The notes below the pieces were generated by a model. It saw only the letters and a program-made list of their open reading frames with translations. It had not been told where the DNA came from and did not search any database. DNA of 64,000 nucleotides from a virus (lineage: Duplodnaviria; Caudoviricetes). Of this stretch, positions 45,524 through 55,131 are shown piece after piece (within the stretch, counting starts at the first letter, position 1; each line of letters starts with the position of its first letter). Made by a program: the position numbers and the translations under genes. Location of the stretch: positions 2,358 to 66,357 of the IMG/VR virus record IMGVR_UViG_3300025905_000003, one strand, 5' to 3'.

Positions 45524-47012
45524 GCCTCGCGAGGTTCAATTAGAAGCACTAGCTGCTGGCTTTGGAAAACCTGGCTTCGCGTATTTCATGCGCCAGCGGT
45601 TAGGCAAAACATGGACCGCCTTCGCTGAGTTTACAATCCTTAGACAACAAGGCAAAGTAGATTGGTGCGTGATAATCGCGCCCAATTCAATCAAGGATCA
45701 ATGGCGTGAACAGATTGAAGAGGTATCTCCATTCATACCTATTTGTATTTATTCTAGCCAGAGGAAGGATCAAACAAGGCACTTCTTTAGTAGAAATAAA
45801 AAAGGTGGAGTATTTATTATCAACTACGAAAGTCTGCGTGTCTTTCTTGAAGAATTTGACATGCTGGAGTTACAAGATACCCCAATCTTTGATACTAAAC
45901 GTACTTACGTGGTGGCAGACGAAAGCACCAAAATCAAGGACCCAAAGTCCCGTATGTGTAAGGCAGCGCTCGGGTTCTCTCGTGAGTGCGCATATGCTCG
46001 TGTTTTATCTGGTCGCCCTACCGCAAATAGTCATGCCGATATGTGGGCACAGCTTAAATTCATCAAAGCTACAGAGCTTAATTTTCATCAGCATAAACAT
46101 CGCTACGTCGTTATGGGTGGGTATCAGGGAAGGCAATTCTTACGAAACGTAAATACTAGTATACTTCAGGCTCATATGAAGCCGCATATCTATATAGCCC
46201 CTGATAAATACCTAACTGGGTTCAAGAAAGAATACGAGCCCATGCGCCGGGTTGTTCTTAACCCTGGGCTGCAGAGCATGTATAAGCGAATGGAAGATGA
46301 TTTAATCTTTGAGCTTAACAGCGACACAAAGATTACAGCTCCTATCGCTCTAACTAGATATCTTAGATTACAGCAGATTTCTTCTGGCATTGCCGGCGAT
46401 GAAGACGGCAATCAGCATAATCTTGTTGAACCTAAAGACAACGCTCGCATAAGAGTTGTTAGAGAAATACTAGAGAGCGAGATAGATCACAAGGTTATTA
46501 TACCCTGTAGGTTCAGACTAAGCATGAAGAACCTATATGATACGCTTCTTAAAGATGGGCATAAAGTCTCTGTTATGATGGGCAATATGGGCAGCGAAAG
46601 AATAGAAGAACAAAAGAAAAAGTTTAACGAGGGCGATAATAATATTATGCTTGCTCAGTTACAGGTGTTATCTTTTGGGCATACTTTGCCGGGACCTGAT
46701 AATAACCCTTGTGATAGTATGATCTATTACGAGAACGATTTTAGTTTACTTAATAGGATGCAATCTGAAAGCCGTCCCGAGAAATTCGGTAGAGATGTGC
46801 CTATATCCTACTATGATATGTATGCTTCTAAGATGGACAGACATATGCTAAGTGCGCTTATCCGAAAAGACAGAGCTGGCTTAGACTTAATGGGCTATGC
46901 GAAGAATATGGGCCTTAGGCCTGATTTAGGTGAAGACCCTAAACAGCCTCCTAAAAATGATTTTCCTGAATTAGATATATTGGAGGAAAACGAAGAAACA
47001 TCTGTCGACTAG
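45450..47012 (+). CDS. SNF2-family helicase
   Basis: RLGKT, NYESL, VADES..IK, LSG.P..N, Q.E.R. Confidence 0.9.
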   Translation: MNYQPTSQTSMTLTDARQLWPFDVEPREVQLEALAAGFGKPGFAYFMRQRLGKTWTAFAEFTILRQQGKVDWCVIIAPNSIKDQWREQIEEVSPFIPICIYSSQRKDQTRHFFSRNKKGGVFIINYESLRVFLEEFDMLELQDTPIFDTKRTYVVADESTKIKDPKSRMCKAALGFSRECAYARVLSGRPTANSHADMWAQLKFIKATELNFHQHKHRYVVMGGYQGRQFLRNVNTSILQAHMKPHIYIAPDKYLTGFKKEYEPMRRVVLNPGLQSMYKRMEDDLIFELNSDTKITAPIALTRYLRLQQISSGIAGDEDGNQHNLVEPKDNARIRVVREILESEIDHKVIIPCRFRLSMKNLYDTLLKDGHKVSVMMGNMGSERIEEQKKKFNEGDNNIMLAQLQVLSFGHTLPGPDNNPCDSMIYYENDFSLLNRMQSESRPEKFGRDVPISYYDMYASKMDRHMLSALIRKDRAGLDLMGYAKNMGLRPDLGEDPKQPPKNDFPELDILEENEETSVD

Positions 47013-47065
47013 ATAAAGGCATTAGCAGCTAGAACCAAATCATAGTACTGTTGTAACACAGTATT

Positions 47066-48667
47066 ATGACCGCGGTTAAAGCCACTGAACAATTTATTAA
47101 TTGGTTAACTGGCAAACCTATAGCGTTATTCGATGCTCCGAATAGCGCTTTTAATCCCTCAGGGTCTACGCATTCGCCGGGTCTTGTACCTGATCCAGGT
47201 AGTACAACTAATAGTGTTAGGTTTTTACGCGAAGATGCTACTTGGGCGCTGCCCACTTATACTATTAACGTAAAAGACTTCGGGGCTAAGGGGGATAGCA
47301 GCACTGATGACACAGCTGCTATAGCAGCTGCTTATAATTCTCTTGTGGCTAGAGGACACGGTGGGGTTATATATTTCCCCGCTGGAGATTATGTGTTCTC
47401 TAGTTTTCCTACCTTAAGTGTCCCAAGCATAATAATTAAAGGCGAGGGACGTTCTGCTAGAAACGCTTCTCTACTTGCATTTGGAACTACTCTCAGACCA
47501 ACTAATTCTACCGGCGATGACATAACCATAAACGAACAATATATATGGTTAGAAGACATAGCGATTATACCCATTGTAAGAAAGACTTCAGGCTTCGCTG
47601 TATCATTTAATAGTGTTAGTTTCCAATGTGGAATGAATAGAGTACTAATCCAAAACGCATATAATGGCATCAATACCGCAGGTGGTTCAGAGATACATAT
47701 AAATGAAGTACATACCCGGAGTATGCTGGGTATTCGAGGTATAAATACTTTCTCTACTACGGGTCTCTTTGGTATTACTATAGATAAGTATGTAGCAGAT
47801 AATCCCTACCCATTGCCCTATGGGCCTGTTAAAACTTGGGCTATTACTACAGCGTTTACTGCTAACGATATTATATTTAATAATGGTAATATTTATCAGT
47901 GCACAACAAGTGGAACATCTGCTGGTGCCGGTACAGGCCCAAGTGGATTACCTCTTACAGGGTTTAGTGCACAAGATGCTTTTAGTGAATTAATTATAGA
48001 TAATACTGTTAGGTGGAAATTTGTAGCTAATAGCTTAACTTGGATAGTATTCGATTCCAAGTCGTTTTCTATTAGAATGAATAACGTTATTACAATAAAT
48101 GGACTTCATGGCGTACTAACAGAAGACACAACTAATTCAGGTATAACTACTAGGCCCAACTGGGTATTTGCTAATAATCTAGAAACAGATCATACATTAC
48201 AAGAGGGTTTAGTTCTTAATAGAGGTTGTGATTTTTATGCCGTTAATTCTTGGTTTGGAAGCTCTCTAACTACTAATGGTATTACAGTAGCAACTACTTA
48301 TACTGGAGCTGTACAGATTACCACTAGTAGAATAGCTGGTAACTTCCAACATGGTATATTAGTACAAGCTGGGCCTAAAGTATGTAAGTTTACTAATAAT
48401 TTGGTTCAGAATAATTCAGTTGGTGGAGCTGGCTCATTTCATGGGATAATTATAGCTGCTAACGCTACTGACTTTGTAATAACGGGCAACCAATGCGGAA
48501 CTGATCCCAATATAGGTTCAGGTAATAACCAAGGATTTGGTATTATTGTATTGGCTGGTACATCTGATAGATACATTATAGCTCATAATCTTGTATCGGG
48601 TAATATTTCACCTGGAGTAAGTGATGGCGGTACAGGGGTAAATAAAACAGTAGCGTCTAACTTCTAG
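47066..48667 (+). CDS. tailspike / right-handed beta-helix depolymerase (pectate-lyase-like)
   Basis: GLVP.P.....RFLRED.TW anchor; INVKDFGAKGD..TDDTAAI..A; GG.IYFPAG.Y; repeated beta-helix rungs. Confidence 0.85.
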   Translation: MTAVKATEQFINWLTGKPIALFDAPNSAFNPSGSTHSPGLVPDPGSTTNSVRFLREDATWALPTYTINVKDFGAKGDSSTDDTAAIAAAYNSLVARGHGGVIYFPAGDYVFSSFPTLSVPSIIIKGEGRSARNASLLAFGTTLRPTNSTGDDITINEQYIWLEDIAIIPIVRKTSGFAVSFNSVSFQCGMNRVLIQNAYNGINTAGGSEIHINEVHTRSMLGIRGINTFSTTGLFGITIDKYVADNPYPLPYGPVKTWAITTAFTANDIIFNNGNIYQCTTSGTSAGAGTGPSGLPLTGFSAQDAFSELIIDNTVRWKFVANSLTWIVFDSKSFSIRMNNVITINGLHGVLTEDTTNSGITTRPNWVFANNLETDHTLQEGLVLNRGCDFYAVNSWFGSSLTTNGITVATTYTGAVQITTSRIAGNFQHGILVQAGPKVCKFTNNLVQNNSVGGAGSFHGIIIAANATDFVITGNQCGTDPNIGSGNNQGFGIIVLAGTSDRYIIAHNLVSGNISPGVSDGGTGVNKTVASNF

Positions 48668-48675
48668 GAGTATAC

Positions 48676-50031
48676 ATGCAAACCCCTTGGCTAGATTATT
48701 TAATTAAGCTACAAAACCAGGGATTTAAAGAAGTACCAGGGCCAGAGAGCAACCCTAAAATTATAGCATGGGCTCACGGACCAGCTCACTACCCTGATAT
48801 GACAGACGATAGCACTACGCCATGGTGTGGAATAGGCATGGCTGGTGTATTTAGCGACGTGGGTATGGCTAATAAGATCCCTGCGGCACCGGCTGCAGCT
48901 ATAAGTTGGATGAGGTGCGGTGTACCTTGCAAGCCTATGGTCGGAGCCATAGCTATATTCCCTAGACCAGGCGGTAATCATGTAACGTGCATTAGGGCTA
49001 TTAAAGGTACTGTATGGGAATGTATAGGATGCAACCAAAATGATAGCGTCACGACATCAACGTTTCAAGCTTCACAGTGTAAAGGGACACGTTGGCCAAT
49101 GGCTGAAGATGTAATCATTGCTGCGCCCTCGCAGCCAACACAAGAAGAAATCAGATACTCAGAGCTATTAAAGCAAATGCAGGTATTGCCTGAATGGCAA
49201 CCAATTATAGACCGCACAGCTAACTTAATAATAGCTAATAGAGCTAAATACGAAATAGTAGAAACTATGACTGCTGTTCCTTGGGCCATAATAGGTTGTA
49301 TACATTACAGAGAGAGTGATTTAGATTTTAAGACACATTTACATAATGGGGATAGTCTTAAAGCTCAAACAATACATGAGCCTGCCGGCAGACCTCCTGG
49401 CGACCCTCCTTTCGAATGGACATATAGCGCTACAGACGCCATTGTACATGAACACTTAAATGGTAAAAAAGACTGGACGTTAGAGAATATTTGTGACCGC
49501 TGCGAACGTTATAACGGTCTTGGATATCATAATAAAGGCGTGCCGAGTCCCTACCTCTGGAGCGGCACTAACTTGTATATAAGAGGCAAGTACGTAGCAG
49601 ATGGCGAATATGATCCTAGTACAGTAGATAAACAAATAGGGGTTATTCCATTGTATCTAAGAGTAATGGCCTTAGCGCAAGATACTAGAATTAGAGAAAG
49701 CTCTAGAAAACTAGTAGGCATCGCATGGATGCGTACAGCTATTAAGACTTTATTTACTACTATCGGTGGCTTATTTACTTTGAATACTTTCAGTATTTTT
49801 AAAGAATGGTTTACAATGGCTAGCGGGGTAATTGACGCTAAGATGTTAATTGCTCTATCGGTGGGAGCCGCAATAATGTGGATCTTCATCAATTGGTTAG
49901 ATAAACTAATGATGCAAGATGCTAAAGGAGGAACTTGGGTTCCCTCTGGAATAGCTAATGAAGTAGCTAAGATTGAAACACCAGTGGACACAAATGGAAA
50001 TCCTGACCCAACTTCAAACCCAGTTCAATGA
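48676..50031 (+). CDS. modular endolysin: CHAP-like TIGR02594 domain + lysozyme-like domain + C-terminal TM helices
   Basis: PWCG...GNHV...GCNQNDSV; HYRES..DF.THLHNGD, ERYNGLGY, SPYLWSGT..Y..GKYVADG. Confidence 0.8.
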   Translation: MQTPWLDYLIKLQNQGFKEVPGPESNPKIIAWAHGPAHYPDMTDDSTTPWCGIGMAGVFSDVGMANKIPAAPAAAISWMRCGVPCKPMVGAIAIFPRPGGNHVTCIRAIKGTVWECIGCNQNDSVTTSTFQASQCKGTRWPMAEDVIIAAPSQPTQEEIRYSELLKQMQVLPEWQPIIDRTANLIIANRAKYEIVETMTAVPWAIIGCIHYRESDLDFKTHLHNGDSLKAQTIHEPAGRPPGDPPFEWTYSATDAIVHEHLNGKKDWTLENICDRCERYNGLGYHNKGVPSPYLWSGTNLYIRGKYVADGEYDPSTVDKQIGVIPLYLRVMALAQDTRIRESSRKLVGIAWMRTAIKTLFTTIGGLFTLNTFSIFKEWFTMASGVIDAKMLIALSVGAAIMWIFINWLDKLMMQDAKGGTWVPSGIANEVAKIETPVDTNGNPDPTSNPVQ

Positions 50032-50446
50032 ATGGCTACCATGGGCAGCGGGAGCGGCGGGTTTAACCGCTCTCCTTTCCTGGCTTCCAGGTGGTGGCGC
50101 GATTGTAATTGTTTTAACCTCTGCTTTACGGTTTTTGGCTTCTTTGTTTGAAATGATATCCCCACTAATTAATGCCCTCTTTAGTGGGGTTATTTGGTTA
50201 TGGAAAACTGTATTTCTGCCTGGGTTGCTAGATATCTTAGACAGCTGGGTGACTATAGTTACTGTGCTAACTATGGGAGCTATAATGTGGTTTGCTTTTG
50301 TATCTAGATATGAACTCCAGGCCTCAGGCGGAAATAAAGAATTAGCAGTCTGCCAGAAATCCTTATCGCAATGCAAAGCTGTATCCACAACTAAAGAGCG
50401 TCCGGCTGAGGCTGATACGCCGTTTCCCTGGCTATTCTGGCGATAG
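49994..50446 (+). CDS. multi-TM lysis-cassette membrane protein (holin or spanin-like)
   Basis: Three to four hydrophobic helices, overlaps the endolysin end; start refined from 49973. Confidence 0.55.
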   Translation: MEILTQLQTQFNEWLPWAAGAAGLTALLSWLPGGGAIVIVLTSALRFLASLFEMISPLINALFSGVIWLWKTVFLPGLLDILDSWVTIVTVLTMGAIMWFAFVSRYELQASGGNKELAVCQKSLSQCKAVSTTKERPAEADTPFPWLFWR

Positions 50447-50512
50447 GGTGGTATGGGTGGCCTCCTGACCTCGGGGAAGCCCCACAGCCTCAAATTTCGC
50501 AGGGAGAAGGCC

Positions 50513-50815
50513 ATGGCATTGGCGAGGAAGCCATACAAGGACATGACCCTTGATGACGTTCGCGCGTTGATAAGGCAAGTCAAGGAAGAAGGCCTAAAAA
50601 TACAGTCACACTATAAGAAGCTTGAGCTTTACTATTCAGACTGGGAAGATGATTTAAAATATGTGGACGATATTATTGCTAAAGTATGTGAAGACACGGG
50701 CGTTGAGAAAGAAGCGCTAGAGACTGAAGATGATGATTTTTCAGAGTTTCTTGAAGATGACACTTTGAAAGAATCCAATAATGGGGAGACGTATGGCTTA
50801 TTAGACGAACTCTAA
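50513..50815 (+). CDS. acidic-tailed hypothetical protein
   Basis: AGGGAGAAGG SD before ATG 50513. Confidence 0.65.
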   Translation: MALARKPYKDMTLDDVRALIRQVKEEGLKIQSHYKKLELYYSDWEDDLKYVDDIIAKVCEDTGVEKEALETEDDDFSEFLEDDTLKESNNGETYGLLDEL

Positions 50816-50825
50816 GGCATACAAA

Positions 50826-51152
50826 ATGGTATTTGATCCTAGCATCACAGTAGGTAATATACTAACCATCCTTGCATTAGCTACTAGTGCCTTTATATTT
50901 ATGTATCGCTTAGAAGGAAAGTTATTACTCGTGGCCACAAAACAGTCTGACTTTAATGCTCGTCTAGAAAAAATAGACAATGAACTAGAAAAACTAACCC
51001 AAGTAGCTATAGAAATGGCTCGCCAAGACGAGCGTATATCTGCCCAAGATATGCGGTTAAATATGATGGCCGCAAGGATAGATGCTTATGCCCATAATAA
51101 TGGTACTAATAAGCTTCGACGATCGAATAAAAGTTCTCCGGGTTCGATATAA
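50826..51152 (+). CDS. single-TM plus coiled-coil lysis-cassette protein
   Basis: FDPSITVGNILTI...TM followed by heptads. Confidence 0.65.
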   Translation: MVFDPSITVGNILTILALATSAFIFMYRLEGKLLLVATKQSDFNARLEKIDNELEKLTQVAIEMARQDERISAQDMRLNMMAARIDAYAHNNGTNKLRRSNKSSPGSI

Positions 51153-51588
51153 CATAGGTATACTGTATTATTTCTTCCCCTTCTTTTAGTGTGCTTTGAT
51201 ACTTAAAGCCGTTATTCACAAAGAAAGCAATGCTGCCACTATTTAATGGGGCGATATTAGCATAAATAAGCTCTACGTCTTCGAATGTTTTGTATATAAA
51301 ATTCAAAGCTGCTGTCCCTACGCCCATATGGTGGCATTGTTCTTTTATAAATATACCTATGTTGTCTTCTTTGCCTAGGTAGACTGAGCCCACTAGGTCT
51401 TCTCCGTAGGCTATAACCCACCAACCTTTATATGGGTTAGAAGTGACAAAGTTCTGGTGCATAGTATATGAAGGCATCTCTTTATGAGAGATGTTCATAT
51501 ATGGTTTACGTTCAGCTAATAATAAATATAAAAACCTAGTAAACTCTTCATTGTGGTCTATATCATATACATCGTGGAAGTCCACCAT
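51106..51588 (-). CDS. pseH: GNAT N-acetyltransferase, PseH-like
   Basis: LY.LL.ER....NISH..MP.Y..H..FV...PY..W, IGIFI......G.G..A, AN..P.N..SI.FF...GF; last gene of the pse operon. Confidence 0.7.
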   Translation of the reverse strand: MVDFHDVYDIDHNEEFTRFLYLLLAERKPYMNISHKEMPSYTMHQNFVTSNPYKGWWVIAYGEDLVGSVYLGKEDNIGIFIKEQCHHMGVGTAALNFIYKTFEDVELIYANIAPLNSGSIAFFVNNGFKYQSTLKEGEEIIQYTYVISNPENFYSIVEAY

Positions 51589-52217
51589 TATTTATCCTTC
51601 TTTTTCTCGAACAACCAGAATGTTACATTATCTAGACCAGTGGTTTTTTTCCACATGAAGCCATATCCCAAGACCATCATATTGGGGCAAGCTTCTAGCC
51701 ATTTAGAGCCATAGTCGTCTAACCAGAGGGCGCTTTTTTCGCCTCTGTAGGGTATAGGTCTAGTCTCGGGAGCAAAGTACTCCACGCATAAAATCCATCT
51801 ATTAGAGGCTGTATATAGATGTTCCATTACATGCTTTAAGTGAGCCGGATGCACATGGATCAAAACTCCATATGTCATCACAAGGTCAGCCACAGGTGAA
51901 GTCGGCAGATCAATCACATCTACAGTCTTACAATTTTCTGTCAAGGCCAATCTTGCTTTTTGGTTAATTTCCGTCGCATACAGACTAAGTGCTTGATTAT
52001 ATTTTGGCCCTAATATTTCAAAGGCTCGCATATTGGGGCCTTGTCCCGCGCCTAGCTCGTATATACTCTTGGGAACAGCTCCAGTGTGCCCATAGATAAC
52101 CTTTAATATACCCTCTAGAAAAATAACTCTTCTTTGTACTTCTTTATCGTTTAGTTTATTACGCTCTTGGTAGAAATCTCCAAAAGGGCCTTGCCACAGA
52201 TCAGTTTGTTCCGTCAT
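51588..52217 (-). CDS. pseudaminic-acid-biosynthesis-associated SAM methyltransferase
   Basis: W.G.FGD.Y..RN, ELGAG.G.N, DLV.T.GVLIH..P, EYFAPE....YRG....L...D.G. Confidence 0.85.
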   Translation of the reverse strand: MTEQTDLWQGPFGDFYQERNKLNDKEVQRRVIFLEGILKVIYGHTGAVPKSIYELGAGQGPNMRAFEILGPKYNQALSLYATEINQKARLALTENCKTVDVIDLPTSPVADLVMTYGVLIHVHPAHLKHVMEHLYTASNRWILCVEYFAPETRPIPYRGEKSALWLDDYGSKWLEACPNMMVLGYGFMWKKTTGLDNVTFWLFEKKKDK

Positions 52218-52875
52218 GTTTTTTCTTTCCGGTTGCATCGCAGGTTAGACATACCATAGGTGCTCCATAGCTATCTGTAAAGGAGCCCTGACCATTACAA
52301 TTATCACAAACTAAACGGTGGTTCTTATATAACGCTTTAGCGTCTTCTAAAGCATTATGGGGAATTTCAGAAACAAATATATCAGCTGTGGTAATTAATA
52401 CCATAGTAAGGGATTCTATTAACTTATAAGGTACTTTATTATTAGGGCCTACAGAAAACAATAAACCTAGTAAGTTTGTAAAATCTTCAGGCCAGTCACC
52501 ATAAATAGTATAACCTTCATGGTTATTTAAATATTCTTGTAATTTTACTCTTATATAAGACTCGTTGTCTGCATGTTTTCCTAGGAATGGTATAACATTT
52601 TGCCTTACCCAGGGGTCAAGTCTTTCATTCTTAGATAGATCTAACCAAGCAGTAGATACTAAATAAAGATCATCTTCTTTTTGATGTGGATTATGTAAAG
52701 CTATACTGATAAATGCTCCATATGTGCTGTTAAATTCACAGTCTAAGTATAAACACTTTTCTTTTATTATAGGTGGAGTATTACCAGCTGCTTGTTGTCT
52801 CATACTATCATCTATGTATTTTTTGTCTTCTTGTAATTCTTTCATTACTTCTTTATTCTCCTCCGTGAATACCAT
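52201..52875 (-). CDS. DEDD 3'-5' exonuclease-like protein with C-terminal CxxCxGxG zinc finger
   Basis: YLDCEF, ISIAL, DPWV..NV.P.L, DW..D, HNALEDA; CDNCNGQG...CLTCDATG; start refined from 53034. Confidence 0.75.
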   Translation of the reverse strand: MVFTEENKEVMKELQEDKKYIDDSMRQQAAGNTPPIIKEKCLYLDCEFNSTYGAFISIALHNPHQKEDDLYLVSTAWLDLSKNERLDPWVRQNVIPFLGKHADNESYIRVKLQEYLNNHEGYTIYGDWPEDFTNLLGLLFSVGPNNKVPYKLIESLTMVLITTADIFVSEIPHNALEDAKALYKNHRLVCDNCNGQGSFTDSYGAPMVCLTCDATGKKKHDGTN

Positions 52876-53572
52876 CTCCGACTTCCTCTTTATCTTTGTT
52901 AGCTTCGGCATCTTTTTCCAACCTTTGAATGTCTTCTGGGTAATCCACACACCAATTCTTTTTACTTTCGTCTTGTTTTTGTTTAACGTTGCCCTTCTTA
53001 ACTTCGGGAGTGTTCTGCATCCAAGGTGTAACATGCTCTAGCTCGTATATAGTTTCTGCCATTACGGTAGCAGCTTCCAAGGTATCAAACGTAAAAGCTT
53101 CACAGTCTAATCCTTGGGGATAACTTCTTTCAGGGTATACGTTAGAAGCGTAATCTAGCTTTCGCCATATTAATAACTGTAATACCTCTGAGCATACTTT
53201 AGGGTCTATAAAAGGACAGTCAGCTGTTATGCGCATAATAACATCGAATTTAAAAAACTTCGCAGTGTCATAGTATCTTTTTAAAACATTATGCTCAGTG
53301 CCACAGAAGTTCTGTACGCCCATCTGCGCTGCTAGTTGTAACATTGGCTCGCTGGCGACAGTATCGGGAACCGCAACAACCACGGTTAGCTTAGACTTCT
53401 TAGGGCCTCTTATAAACTTAGCGCGCTCTATAACGTGCTGCAGAACAGGCTTACCCAACAAAGGATACATACTCTTGCCGGGAAACCTTATGCTGGTCAT
53501 TCTAGCTTGAATAACAATCCCAATGCTAAGAGGAGGTGGCGCTTTCTTTTTGAGCTTTATTATGTTGCTCAT
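52853..53572 (-). CDS. pseF: CMP-nonulosonate cytidylyltransferase (SpsF/PseF type)
   Basis: IQARM.S.RFPGK, G.E..VL.RY, RITADCP..DP, VD...D. Confidence 0.88.
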   Translation of the reverse strand: MSNIIKLKKKAPPPLSIGIVIQARMTSIRFPGKSMYPLLGKPVLQHVIERAKFIRGPKKSKLTVVVAVPDTVASEPMLQLAAQMGVQNFCGTEHNVLKRYYDTAKFFKFDVIMRITADCPFIDPKVCSEVLQLLIWRKLDYASNVYPERSYPQGLDCEAFTFDTLEAATVMAETIYELEHVTPWMQNTPEVKKGNVKQKQDESKKNWCVDYPEDIQRLEKDAEANKDKEEVGDGIHGGE

Positions 53573-53874
53573 CTTCCATACTCATACTTCATTTTAAGTT
53601 CATTAGCTGTGTATTTTTCTTCTAGCTCATGCATTATATCTGTAATGTGTTTAATGTGTGTGTTTCTATGTTTAGGTATATCTTTGTCTTTCTGTAAAAT
53701 CTCCCATGTCTCATTAAAATAATCATCTGGATTGACATAACTTGCTTTTTTCCATAAAGCATATGATCTATTTCTAATGGTAGTTTTTATAATATCTCTT
53801 AATGTATTTTCTTTTGAAGCCAAAGAAAAATACACATTATCTGTCTTTGATTTTTTTCGGAACCATTTAAACAC
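53569..53874 (-). CDS. hypothetical protein
   Basis: ORF track; overlaps both neighbours. Confidence 0.6.
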   Translation of the reverse strand: MFKWFRKKSKTDNVYFSLASKENTLRDIIKTTIRNRSYALWKKASYVNPDDYFNETWEILQKDKDIPKHRNTHIKHITDIMHELEEKYTANELKMKYEYGR

Positions 53875-54583
53875 GGGCTGGTATCCCCATTGAATACAAA
53901 GCTCTAGAGCAATCTTTGGGGGTTATGTCTGTATATAAAAACATAGAGCCAGCTGCAACAGCAGAGGCGCCATTCGATAAAGCCAATCCCATGTCAGACA
54001 CAGCCCCACAGCCACCTAAGGCGATTATTGGAATAGAAACAGCTCTAGAAACATCGTGTATTAATTCTTGGTTATATCCTTCCATTTGACCGTCGAAAAC
54101 CATATCAGTTAAAAGTATTTCCCCACAGCCTTCCTCTTGTAATAAATTAGCAGCGGCCATTGCTGCTACATTGTTCTGTTCCATGCCGTAGCTAGGCCAA
54201 TCTAAAACTCCCACTATAGCTTGTGATCCAAATTGATGCGCAGCTTTAGGTATAATACTCCAATTTCTTTTAATCGCTACTTTATCGGCTCCGTTACTGA
54301 GGGCCGTGCGAATATGATCAGTGGAGTAAATACCACCACCATATGTAACAGGACAGAAAAGATTATCACACCAACTACGAAGTTTCTCAAAGTTTGGTTC
54401 TCTCTTTTGGTCAGTAGCAGTTATATCAATTATTATTAGTTCGTCTACGTTACGACCCTCAGTAACGCGGATATACTGCTCCATGGTTCCCAATCGCCTA
54501 TAGGGGCGACCAAAAGCCACAGGCTTCACGCACTGGCCTGTACCATCAGTTAATAACACTGGTATGACACGATGTTTTAACAT
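53867..54583 (-). CDS. HisF-like cyclase subunit of the acetamidino-sugar system (WbuZ/HisF2 type)
   Basis: ML..RVIP.LL, VDEL...DI.A, P.TYGGGI, GADKV, G.GEILL.....DG...GY, P.IA.GG, A.AVAAGSMF. Confidence 0.88.
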   Translation of the reverse strand: MLKHRVIPVLLTDGTGQCVKPVAFGRPYRRLGTMEQYIRVTEGRNVDELIIIDITATDQKREPNFEKLRSWCDNLFCPVTYGGGIYSTDHIRTALSNGADKVAIKRNWSIIPKAAHQFGSQAIVGVLDWPSYGMEQNNVAAMAAANLLQEEGCGEILLTDMVFDGQMEGYNQELIHDVSRAVSIPIIALGGCGAVSDMGLALSNGASAVAAGSMFLYTDITPKDCSRALYSMGIPARV

Positions 54584-55131
54584 TAGAATGTTAGATGCTT
54601 GCAGTGTTCAAAAGCGGCTAGAAACATCTGCTCTGCTTCTATTGGCGACCAATATCTAAGCTCAATAGGTATAGGTGCTAGTCCCATGTTTGCTTGATTA
54701 AATCCCCATTCTACTTTGCATTTATTCATGTTCTGTTCGCGCTCGGTTAGTAATAATCTTTTATCTATATCTTCTATGTATTCAGGTGTAACAGGTGAAG
54801 CGAGCTTAAACTTTTTATATACTAAACTAGTTATATGTTTATCTATCCCTTTAAACTCTGTGATTGATCTTTTAACAGGTCTGGGAATGTCTCCTGTGTA
54901 GGCTTCGGCTGCGTCGTGTAATAACCCATACATCATATATTCGTCTCTAGAGCTTAAATATACTAAATAAGAATGCTCCGCTACGCTGTAAAACTTCTTA
55001 CAGTGCCCGTTAAATCTACATATAAGCGATAGCGCATGCGCTATATCATATATGTCTATATCTTCTAACTGCATATCTAGGGGATACACAGCTCTGCCGG
55101 TATATGTCTGTATCCAGTCGCCTTTACGCAT
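54583..55131 (-). CDS. HD-domain phosphohydrolase (YfbR/YfdR-like)
   Basis: I.TYTG, DIAHALS..CRF.GH...FYSVAEHS, LLHDA.EAY.GD...P.K. Confidence 0.9.
   Translation of the reverse strand: MRKGDWIQTYTGRAVYPLDMQLEDIDIYDIAHALSLICRFNGHCKKFYSVAEHSYLVYLSSRDEYMMYGLLHDAAEAYTGDIPRPVKRSITEFKGIDKHITSLVYKKFKLASPVTPEYIEDIDKRLLLTEREQNMNKCKVEWGFNQANMGLAPIPIELRYWSPIEAEQMFLAAFEHCKHLTF

Noticed and set aside
53867-54583. Histidine-biosynthesis auxiliary metabolic gene
   Set aside because: It lies one gene from an N-acetyl-sugar amidotransferase and no other his genes are present; this is the sugar-amidination HisF2 context
54583-55131. DatZ of a Z-base (2-aminoadenine) genome
   Set aside because: No PurZ or MazZ in the window; the HD gene alone is common in phages
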